From: an uncultured Thermoleophilia bacterium
GTDB taxonomy: Bacteria > Actinomycetota > Thermoleophilia > UBA2241
Direction: 5' to 3'
NCBI GenBank assembly: GCA_963705205.1
Contig: CAVPJG010000005.1
Coordinates: forward strand, 349,237 to 413,236
Length of the DNA: 64,000 bases
The translations under genes were made by a program, and so were the position numbers. Position 1 is the first letter of the stretch. Each line of letters begins with the position of its first letter. Positions 49,330-59,420 of this stretch are shown here, piece after piece. The notes below the pieces were generated by a model. That model was not told the origin of the DNA. It made no database searches and saw only the letters and a program-made list of their open reading frames with translations.

Positions 49330-49886
49330 ACGGCGCGGCGCCGGCCGGGCCGGAGCGCCTGCGGCTGTTCGTGGCCTGCGACCTGCCCGGGGAGGTCGAA
49401 CGCGCCGTCGCCGCGTGGCAGCGTGCGGAACTGGGCCGGCACGACGACCTCCGGATCATGCCGGCCCTGCACCTCACGCTCGCGTTCCTCGGCACCCTCG
49501 AGGCCGCGCGGGTCCCGGACCTCGATCGTGTCCTCCGCGGCATCGTCTGGAAACGAGCGGAGTGCCGCTTCAGCGAGCCGCTGTTCCTGCCGGCGCGCGG
49601 CAAGCGGCGCGTCGTCGCACTCGAGCTCGACGACCCCGCCGGCGCCCTGCGCCGGCTGCAGGCGGACGTGGCGGCCGGGCTCGCGACCGAGGGCCTGTAC
49701 GAGCCCGAGAGACGCCCCTGGCTGCCGCACGTCACCGTCGCCAGATTCCGCCGTCCAGGTCACCCATTTTCCCTGCAAAATGTGAACATCGACGGGTTTG
49801 GTGTCGTCCGGATGGTCTTGTATAGTAGCCACCTGGAACGGGCCGGAGCAGTCCACACCCCCGTAGCAGACTTTCCCGCGTCCTGA
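49326..49886 (+). CDS. thpR: RNA 2',3'-cyclic phosphodiesterase (2H family, LigT/ThpR)
   Basis: GTG 49326 (GTGA overlap with cinA). Two HxTx motifs (HLTLAF, HVTVAR). 186 aa. Confidence 0.8.
   Translation: MNGAAPAGPERLRLFVACDLPGEVERAVAAWQRAELGRHDDLRIMPALHLTLAFLGTLEAARVPDLDRVLRGIVWKRAECRFSEPLFLPARGKRRVVALELDDPAGALRRLQADVAAGLATEGLYEPERRPWLPHVTVARFRRPGHPFSLQNVNIDGFGVVRMVLYSSHLERAGAVHTPVADFPAS
49798..49826 (+). promoter_or_regulatory. Putative recA promoter embedded in the 3' end of thpR
   Basis: TTGGTG (49798-49803), 17-nt spacer, TATAGT (49821-49826), in a locally AT-richer patch about 80 nt upstream of the recA start. Confidence 0.4.
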
Positions 49887-49905
49887 GCAAGAGAGGAGCG
49901 CTACC

Positions 49906-50976
<1,071 letters not shown>

Positions 50977-50978
50977 CG

Positions 50979-51617
50979 GTGCCTGTCGTCACCGCCCTGC
51001 GCGCCACCCGCCGCGGAGGGGTGGCGCTGCACGTGGACGACGAGTATGTGTGCGTCGTCAGTGAGTCGCTGGTGGCCCGCTGGCGCCTCTTCAAGGGCCG
51101 CGAGCTCGACGCATCGGACGTGGCCGCGATCCGCGCCGCCTCGTCGGCGGAGCGCGTCATGGGCGACGCGTATCGCCTGCTCGGCCACCGCGCCAGGAGC
51201 CGCGAAGAGCTTCGCCGCCGGCTCCTCGCCAAGGACCACGATGAGCACGCCGTCGAGGACGCCCTGGAGAAGCTCTCCGCCGATGGCTTCCTCGACGATG
51301 CCGCCTTCGCGCGCAGCTACGTGGCGGACAAGCGCAAGATCGGCGGCTGGGGCTCCGCGCGCATCCGCCGCGGCCTCCGCGAGCTCGGCGTCACCAGCGC
51401 CGACGCCGACGACGCGCTGGGGGCTTCGGGGGCGGGAGAGGGTGAGGAGCTCGAGCGCGCCCTCGCAGTCCTGCGCCGGCGCGGCGCGGCGGAGCAGCCG
51501 CTCGACGCGGCCCGGCGGCGCGCCTTCCAGGCGCTCCAGCGCCGCGGGTTCTCGTCATCCGTCGCCTACGCCGCGGTGCGTCTCTGGACCGAGGGCGAGC
51601 GGCCCCGTCCGAATTGA
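50979..51617 (+). CDS. recX: Recombination regulator RecX
   Basis: 212-aa ORF with RecX three-helix repeats. Conserved position 2 nt after the recA stop. Confidence 0.85.
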   Translation: MPVVTALRATRRGGVALHVDDEYVCVVSESLVARWRLFKGRELDASDVAAIRAASSAERVMGDAYRLLGHRARSREELRRRLLAKDHDEHAVEDALEKLSADGFLDDAAFARSYVADKRKIGGWGSARIRRGLRELGVTSADADDALGASGAGEGEELERALAVLRRRGAAEQPLDAARRRAFQALQRRGFSSSVAYAAVRLWTEGERPRPN

Positions 51618-51645
51618 CTCCGCGAGGCGGCGTCACGTAACATCG

Positions 51646-51678
51646 AAGCACGCGACGTGTGCGCGTGCTTTGTGTATT
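51646..51678 (+). terminator. Intrinsic terminator after recX
   Basis: 9-bp stem AAGCACGCG / CGCGTGCTT (7-nt loop) followed by TGTGTATT. Confidence 0.55.
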
Positions 51679-51851
51679 CCACTCTCGCTCTTGCATGGCG
51701 ATACAGACGGCGCCCAGGCGCCGATCAAGCTGAACCGATCAATCAGGGGTCGACGATGAGAGATCCGGGAGGTCTCGCGAACCCGCAGCCGTCCTGACCC
51801 CTGGGCGTAGTCACAGCTGGATTTATCGTGGTGCAGGTGCGAGCGTGGCAC

Positions 51852-51880
51852 AGGCCGGGCGCGTTGCCCGGCCTTCTTTC
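51852..51880 (+). terminator. Terminator-like hairpin in the rny leader (possible attenuator)
   Basis: AGGCCGGGC-GCGTT-GCCCGGCCT followed by TCTTTCG, ending about 30 nt before the rny ATG. Confidence 0.45.
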
Positions 51881-51911
51881 GTGCCGCGCGACCTGTGAAG
51901 GGACAGAGAGA

Positions 51912-53445
51912 ATGATGACAGCGGTGTATATCGTGATTGGGCTCGCGGTGGGCGTCGCGGTGGGGTACTTCATCCGCCGCAACCTCGCCTCGAGCAAGCT
52001 CGCGGGGGCCGAGCGCGAGGCCGAGAAGGTGGTCAAGGACTCGCGCCGGGAGGCGGAGACCATCGTCAAGGAGGCGCGCCTCGAGGCTAAGGAGGAGGTC
52101 CACCGCGTTCGCAGCGAAGTCGAGGGAGAGCTGCGCGAGCGCCGCGAGGAGCTGACCAAGGCCGAGCAGCGGATGATGCAGCGCGAGGAGGCCATCGACG
52201 CGCGCGGCGCGGAACAGGACCGCCGCGAGCAGTCCATCCGCGATCGCGACGCCAACAGCCAGCGCATCTCGGACGAGCTCACCAACACCCACGCCGAGGC
52301 GATGATCCAGCTCGAGCGCATCTCCGGCCTCAGCGCCGCGCAGGCAAAGGAGATGCTGCTCAAGCAGACCGAGGACGAGGCGCGCCACGAGATGGCCAAG
52401 CTCGTCCGCCAGATCGAGGAGGAGGCGCGCAGGGAGGCGGACAGGCGCGCCCGCAACATCCTCTCGCTCAGCATCCAGCGCACCGCCGCCAACCACGTCG
52501 CCGAGACCACGGTCTCCGTCGTCAACCTGCCGTCGGACGACATGAAGGGTCGCATCATCGGCCGCGAGGGCCGCAACATCCGCACCCTCGAGAACATCAC
52601 CGGCATCGACTTCATCATCGACGACACGCCTGAGGCGGTCGTGCTCTCCGGCTTCGACGGGGTGCGCCGGGAGACCGCCAGGCTCACCCTCACCAAGCTC
52701 ATCACCGACGGGCGCATCCACCCGGCGCGCATCGAGGAGACGTACACGGCGGCCAAGGCCGAGGTCGAGGCCGCCATGGAGGAGGCCGGCGAACAGGCCT
52801 GCTTCGACACCAACGTGCACGGGGTGGCGCCCGAGCTGGTCAAGGTCCTGGGGCGCCTCAAGTACCGCACCAGCTACGGCCAGAACGTGCTCGAACCACT
52901 CCATCGAGGTAGCGCACCTCGCCGGGGTCATGGCCGCCGAGCTCGGCGCCAACGTCAAGATCGCCAAGCGCGCGGGCCTGCTGCACGACATCGGCAAGGC
53001 GGTCGACCACGAGGTCGACGGTTCCCACGCCGACATCTCGCAGCAGCTCTGCAAGAAGTACCGCGAGTCGCAGAGCGTCTGCCACGCTATCCAGGCGCAT
53101 CACCAGGACGTGGAGCCGCAGACCGTGGAGGCCGTGCTCGTGCAGGCGGCCGACGCCATCAGCGCCGCCCGTCCGGGCGCCCGCCGCGAGTCGCTCGAGA
53201 ACTACATCAAGCGGCTCGAGTCGCTGGAGCACATCGCGGAGGCCCACAAGGGGGTCGAGAAGTGCTTCGCGATGCAGGCCGGGCGCGAGGTGCGCGTCAT
53301 GGTCAAGCCGGCCGAGATCGACGACGACGCCACGGCGCTCCTGGCGCGCGAGATCGCGCGCGAGATCGAGGACCAGCTGGACTATCCCGGCCAGATCCGC
53401 GTGACCGTCATCCGCGAGAGCCGCGCCGTCGACATCGCCAAGTAG
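51912..53445 (+). pseudogene. rny: Ribonuclease Y with one frame break (extra nucleotide near 52896)
   Basis: N-terminal TM segment, coiled coil and KH domain read in the frame of ORF 51828. After ..YGQNVLE the HD-domain sequence ([29 protein letters not shown]) continues in the frame of ORF 52930..53445. Removing one C from GAACCACTCC restores it. Confidence 0.85.
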
Positions 53446-53583
53446 CCGGTGTGCCTGCGGTGCACCGCCAGTTGAGCCCGCTACGCAGCTCAATAGCCGG
53501 TGTGCCTGCGGTGCACCGCCAGTTGAGCCCGCTACCAAATAGCCTGTGTCGTGCCGCATTGGCCCGCTACGCAGCTCAATACG
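53443..53583 (+). repeat. Tandem array of three ~46-51 nt repeat units (family B) between rny and miaB
   Basis: Units start with TAGCC at 53443 (the rny stop codon itself), 53494 and 53540. The first two are near-identical (TAGCCGGTGTGCCTGCGGTGCACCGCCAGTTGAGCCCGCTAC). Confidence 0.8.
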
Positions 53584-53618
53584 CGGCGGCGACGCCCCGC
53601 GAGCGCGACGAGATCGCC

Positions 53619-54945
53619 ATGACCGGCCGCTACTACCTGCGCTCGTTCGGCTGCCAGATGAACGAGCACGACGCCGAACGCATCCGCGCGCTGCTGGAGG
53701 CCCAGGGGCTGGAGCGCGCCGACGCGCCCGACGGCGCCGACGTGCTCGTCTACAACACCTGCACCGTGCGCAAGAGCGCGGACGACCGCCTCGCCGGCCA
53801 CCTCGGCACGGCGGCGCGGCTCAAGCGCGAGAAGCCCTCGCGCGTGGTCCTCGTGACCGGCTGCCTGCCGCAGGCGGAGCAGGCGGGCTTCTTCAAGCGC
53901 TTCCCGTTCGTCGACGGCGCGCTCGGCCCGCAGAACCTGCACCGGCTGCCGGAGCTGCTGCGAGCCGCCGTGGAGCCGGCCGAGGCCGGTCCCGCCGGCT
54001 ACTTCGAGGACGGCCCGCACTTCAGCGGCTAGCTGGGGAGCACGCCGCGAGCGCCCGTTCCAGGCGTGGATGCAGGTCATGAGCGGCTGCACCAACTTCT
54101 GCTCCTACTGCATCGTCCCGCACGTCCGCGGCCCCGAGCGCAGCCGGGCGGCAGGCGATCTGGTCGCCGAGGCCGAGGCACTGGTCGCCGACGGCGTGCG
54201 CGAGGTGACCCTGCTCGGCCAGAACGTCAACGCCTACGGGCGCGACCTCAGGCGCGAAGGGGAGGCTGGCGCGCCCGGCTTCGCCGATCTCCTCGCCCGC
54301 CTCGACGCCGTGGCCGGCCTCGAGCGCATCCGCTTCATGACGTCGCACCCCAGGGACCTCGGAGACGACCTCGTCTCCGCGATCGCAGAGCTCCCCAGCG
54401 TGTGCGAGCACGTGCACCTGCCGGCCCAGGCAGGCTCGGACCGCGTGCTCGCGGCCATGCGCCGCGAGTACACGGCGGCACGGTATCTCGAGCGTGTCCA
54501 CGCACTGCGCGCCGCCGTGCCGGACGTCAGCATCACCACCGACCTGATCGCCGGCTTCCCCGGCGAGACGGAGGACGACTTCGAGCAGACGCTGTCCCTG
54601 GTACGGGAGGCTGCCTTCGACGGGGCCTTCACGTTCGTGTTCTCGCCGCGCCACGGCACGGCCGCGGCCGAGCTGCCGGACCAGGTGCCGCCGGACGTCC
54701 GCCGCGAGCGTGTCGAGCGCCTGATCGCGCTGACGCAGCAGCAGGCGCTCGCCTCGCGGCAGGCCTGGGTCGGACGCCGCGCCGAGGTGCTCGTGGAGGG
54801 TCCGAGCCGGGATGGTTCACGCCAACGGGGCCGCACCCGCCAGAACGTCACGGTGAACCTCTCCGGCGCCGTGGAGGCCGGTGCTATAGTGCTGGTAGAA
54901 GTGACCGGAGCCACCTCCACGACGCTACGCGGGACGACGGTCTGA
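53619..54945 (+). pseudogene. miaB: tRNA-2-methylthio-N6-dimethylallyladenosine synthase MiaB with one frame break near 54030
   Basis: N-domain ([22 protein letters not shown]) ends at TAG 54030 in one frame. The radical-SAM core (AWMQVMSGCTNFCSYCIVPHVRG) and TRAM domain continue in the +1 frame (ORF 54070..54945). Confidence 0.85.
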
Positions 54946-54968
54946 GCCGGCGAACAGGAGGCATCGTC

Positions 54969-55763
54969 ATGCAAGGCTGCATCTGCCCTCATCCTCCGCT
55001 GCTCATCCCCGAGGTCGGGGGAGGCGCGCGCAACAAGATCGCCGCCACCGTGATGGCGATGGAGAAGCTCGCCGCGTGCATCGGCGACCCCGACACCATC
55101 GTCGTCATCTCCCCGCACGCCGACGACTTCGGCTCCGCGCACGCCGTGAAGACGGCGCCGCGGCTGCGCGGTGACTTCGGCCGCTTCCGCTGCCCGGAGG
55201 CCTCCTTCAGCTACGACAACGACGTGCAGTTCGCCGAGCTGCTGCTCGCCCTCGCCGGCGACAACCGCAAGCTCCGCCTCGTGCCCGACGACGGCGACGT
55301 CCTGGACTGGGGCGTGCTGGTGCCGCTCAGCTTCATGCGCCCCAACCGCATCGTGAGTCTCTCCGTGGTGGGACCCTACGCCGAACACCGCACGCTGGGG
55401 CAGCTGGTGCGCCGCTGCGCCGAGGAGCTCAAGCGGGACACCCTGTTCCTCGCCTCGGGCGACCTCTCGCACGCGCTCATCCACGGTGCTCCGGCGCCGT
55501 ACGACCCTCGCGGCAAGCTCTTCGACGACGAGGTCGTCGGTCTCCTCGGCGTGGGCGACTTCCCGGCGCTCACGCGCATCGAGCCGGTCCTGCTGGACGG
55601 GGCCGCCGAGTGCGGCCTGCGCAGCTTCGTCGCGCTGGGCGGCTTCCTCGGCGACGAAGCCATGGTCGACCCCGAGATCCTGAGCTACGAGGGCCCCTAC
55701 GGGGTCGGCTACCTCGTCGCGCGTTTCGGGCCTCGCCCCGTCTCTGCGGAAGCCGAGGGATGA
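54969..55763 (+). CDS. LigB-like (class III extradiol dioxygenase / Memo superfamily) protein, AMMECR1-associated type
   Basis: ATG 54969 lies 8 nt after AGGAGG. In frame with ORF 54066..55763. Motifs CPHPPLLIPE, VISPH, ASGDLSH, AAECG. 264 aa. Confidence 0.7.
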   Translation: MQGCICPHPPLLIPEVGGGARNKIAATVMAMEKLAACIGDPDTIVVISPHADDFGSAHAVKTAPRLRGDFGRFRCPEASFSYDNDVQFAELLLALAGDNRKLRLVPDDGDVLDWGVLVPLSFMRPNRIVSLSVVGPYAEHRTLGQLVRRCAEELKRDTLFLASGDLSHALIHGAPAPYDPRGKLFDDEVVGLLGVGDFPALTRIEPVLLDGAAECGLRSFVALGGFLGDEAMVDPEILSYEGPYGVGYLVARFGPRPVSAEAEG

Positions 55764-56332
55764 GCGACCCGGTCGAGGCACCGCCGGGTCCGGCCGACTA
55801 CGCGCTGTCCTGCGTGCGCTCGTACGCTGCCGGCGGACGTGCGCCCGAACCGCCGGAGGACCCGTTCTACGAGGTTCGGGCGGCCTGCTTCGTCACCCTG
55901 AAGAAGCAGGGAGAGCTCCGCGGGTGCATCGGCACGCTGGAACCGGCAGAGGCGTCCCTCGGGTGGGAGATCGCGCGTAACGCCCAGTGCTCCGCCCTGC
56001 GCGACCCGCGGTTTCCGCCCGTCACCTCCGACGAGTGCGACGCGCTCACCTGCTCGGTCGACGTGCTCGGCCAGAGCGAGTCGTGCACCGTCGACGACCT
56101 CGACCCCCGGTGCTGGGGCGTGATCGTGGAGGCCGGCCTTCGGCGCGGCGTGCTGCTGCCGGCGCTCGAGGGGATCGACACCGTCGACGCGCAGGTGAGC
56201 ATCGCCCTGCAGAAGGCAGGCATCGCGCCCGGACAGGCCTACGACGTGCGCCGCTTCCTCGTCGCCCGGTACCGCCAGGGCGATCCGCCGGTCATCGCTA
56301 CGCCACGGACCGGCGACCCCACGGATGACTGA
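55760..56332 (+). CDS. AMMECR1 domain protein
   Basis: ATG 55760 (ATGA overlap). In frame with ORF 55610..56332. AMMECR1 motifs FVTLKK.GELRGCIGT and DPRFPPV. 190 aa. Confidence 0.8.
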   Translation: MSDPVEAPPGPADYALSCVRSYAAGGRAPEPPEDPFYEVRAACFVTLKKQGELRGCIGTLEPAEASLGWEIARNAQCSALRDPRFPPVTSDECDALTCSVDVLGQSESCTVDDLDPRCWGVIVEAGLRRGVLLPALEGIDTVDAQVSIALQKAGIAPGQAYDVRRFLVARYRQGDPPVIATPRTGDPTDD

Positions 56333-57319
56333 CACGCCGCCGGTGGTCGCGCTGTTCGGCGCCACCGCCCTCGGCAAGAGCGACGTGGCGCTCGAGCTCG
56401 CCGGACTCCTGGGCGCCGATATCGTGGTCGCCGACTCCATGCAGCTCTACGCGGGGCTGCCGATCGTCACCAACCAGCCCGGCGCGGAGGCGCGCCGGCG
56501 CGCCGGCTATCACCTGGTCGGCTGGGCCTCGCCGCAGGCCGAGTGCAGCGTCGCCGAGTACGCCGCGCTGGCGCACCAGACCGTGGACGGGCTGCTCGAG
56601 GCCGGCAGGCCGGTGATCGTGGAGGGCGGCTCGGGCCTGTACATGAGGGCGGTGCTCGGCGACCTGGCCTTCGGCGGCGCGCCGGACGCGGCGCGCAGGC
56701 GCGCCCTGGAGGATCGCTGGGAGCGCGCGCCGGCAGCCCTCGTCGCCGAGTTGCGCCGGCGCGCGCCGGACGTGGCGGCGCGCGTGGACCTGCAGAACCC
56801 GCGCCGCGTGATCCGCGCCCTCGAGTCTCTCGACCGCCAGGGAGGCCGTACAGGTCCAGATGGACGAGCTGTGGCGTGCCGGCGGCCGCTACGGGCACCG
56901 GCTTCTGGGCCCTCGACCCCGGCGACGACCGCGATGCCCTGAGGGAGCGCATCGAGCTGCGCGTCGACGGGATGCTCGCCGCCGGCGCACTCGAGGAGGT
57001 CGCGGCGGCTCGCGCCGCCGGCCCGTTCTCGCGGACGGCCGCCCAGGCGATCGGCGTGCGTGAGCTCTGCGCCGTCCTGGACGGCGAGCTCGCGCTGCCC
57101 GAGGCGGCGGCACGCATGAAGGCGCGCACGCGCGCCTTGGCGCGCCGCCAGCTCACCTGGATGCGCAAGCTCCCGGACGCGGCGAGGGTGCCGGCCTCCG
57201 GCCGGCCGCCGGCCGCGGTCGCGCGTGACGTCCGCGATCTCGTGCGCGGCGTCGTGGTAGGATGCGGGTTCCGGCGCGGCGCCTCCAGCCGCGCGCTGTA
57301 CGCTCTCAGGGGGTCATGA
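56325..57319 (+). pseudogene. miaA: tRNA dimethylallyltransferase MiaA with two frame breaks (near 56841 and 56896)
   Basis: P-loop GATALGKS and the N-terminal two-thirds lie in ORF 56325. A short middle piece (..DELWRAGGRYG) lies in ORF 56860. The C-terminus (FWALDPGDDRDALRERIELRVDGML..RRQLTWMRK) lies in ORF 56543..57319. Confidence 0.85.
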
Positions 57320-57322
57320 CCC

Positions 57323-58194
<872 letters not shown>

Positions 58195-58225
58195 GCGCCG
58201 CCACGACCCGCACTCCCGGAGGACC

Positions 58226-59389
58226 ATGAGGATCGCAGCACGCGTTCGCACCCTGCCCCCGTACCTGTTCGCCGCGATCGAGCTCCAGATCGCCGAGCGC
58301 AAGGCCGCCGGCGTCGACGTCATCAGCCTCGGCATCGGCGATCCCGACCTGCCGACGCCGCCGCACATCGTCGCGGCGCTCACCGAGGGCGCCGCCGATC
58401 CGGTGACCCACCAGTACCCAAGCAACCAGGGCGAGCGGGGCTTCCGCGAGGCCGTGGCGGGGTTCTACGCGACGCGCTTCGGCGTCGCGCTCGACCCGGC
58501 GGCCAGATCGTCCCGCTGCTCGGCGCCAAGGAGGGCATCGCCCACGTATGCCAGGCGCTGCTGGACCCGGGCGACGTCGCCTTGGCGGCCGACCCCGGGT
58601 ACCCGGTGTACGCCACCGGCCCCGCGCTGGCGGGCGGCGCCGCGGTCCACCTGCCGCTGGTGCCGGAGCTGGGCTTCCAGCCCGACCTGGACGCGATCCC
58701 GTCCGAGACGGCGCGGCGCGCCAAGATGATCTTCGTGAGCTACCCGAACAACCCGACCGGCGCCGTGATCGAAGACGACTTCTTCGCCCGTCTCGTGGCC
58801 TTCGCCCAGGCGCAACGACATCGTGGTGGTCCACGACAACGCCTACGCCGACATCACCTACGACGGCTACGTCGCGCCGAGCTTCCTGGCGACGCCGGGG
58901 GCCTCCGAGGTCGGCGTCGAGATGTTCAGCCTCTCCAAGAGCTACAACATGACCGGCTGGCGTGCCGGCGCCCTCGTCGGCGACCGAGAGGTGGTCGACG
59001 CCTACTGGCGCCTCAAGACCAACCTCGACTCGGGCATGTTCGGCGCCGTGCAGCGCGCCGCCGCCGCCGCGCTCACCGGTCCGCAGGACTGCGTGCGCGA
59101 CATGTGCCACATCTACAAGCGGCGCCGTGATCTGCTGGTGGAGGCGCTGCGCGCCGTCGGCATGCACGTCGAGCCGCCGAAGGGGACCATCTACCTGTGG
59201 GTACCCGTGCCCGATGGCTACACGTCAGCGAGCTTCACCCAGCAGGTGCTGGAGCAGGCCGACGTCGTCGTGACGCCGGGGGCTGCCTACGGCCCGTCCG
59301 GCGAGGGCTACGTGCGCCTGTCCCTGACCGTTCCGGACGAGCGCCTCGAAGAGGCAGTCCGCCGCATCGAGGAGCGCGTACGCCTCTGA
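58226..59389 (+). pseudogene. dapL: LL-diaminopimelate aminotransferase-like PLP aminotransferase with two frame breaks (near 58500 and 58813)
   Basis: [24 protein letters not shown] lies in ORF 58226. [22 protein letters not shown] lies in the frame of ORF 58582. DIVVVHDNAYADI..SLSKSYNMTGWR lies in ORF 58823..59389. Confidence 0.8.
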
Positions 59390-59420
59390 CCTCGAGCAGC
59401 GACGCCGGCGCGGAGACGCC

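Noticed and set aside
53443-53583. Possible relationship between repeat family B and family A through the shared 10-mer GCTCAATAGC / GCTATTGAGC.
   Set aside because: Only one 10-nt match, in opposite orientation. The rest of the units do not align, so this is too weak to claim a common origin without a genome-wide profile search.
51828-54032. 734-aa ORF that looks like a single large protein.
   Set aside because: It is a chimera. It joins the rny N-terminal two-thirds, the out-of-frame rny HD region (after the extra C near 52896), the family B repeat array and the miaB N-domain, which happen to share one open frame.
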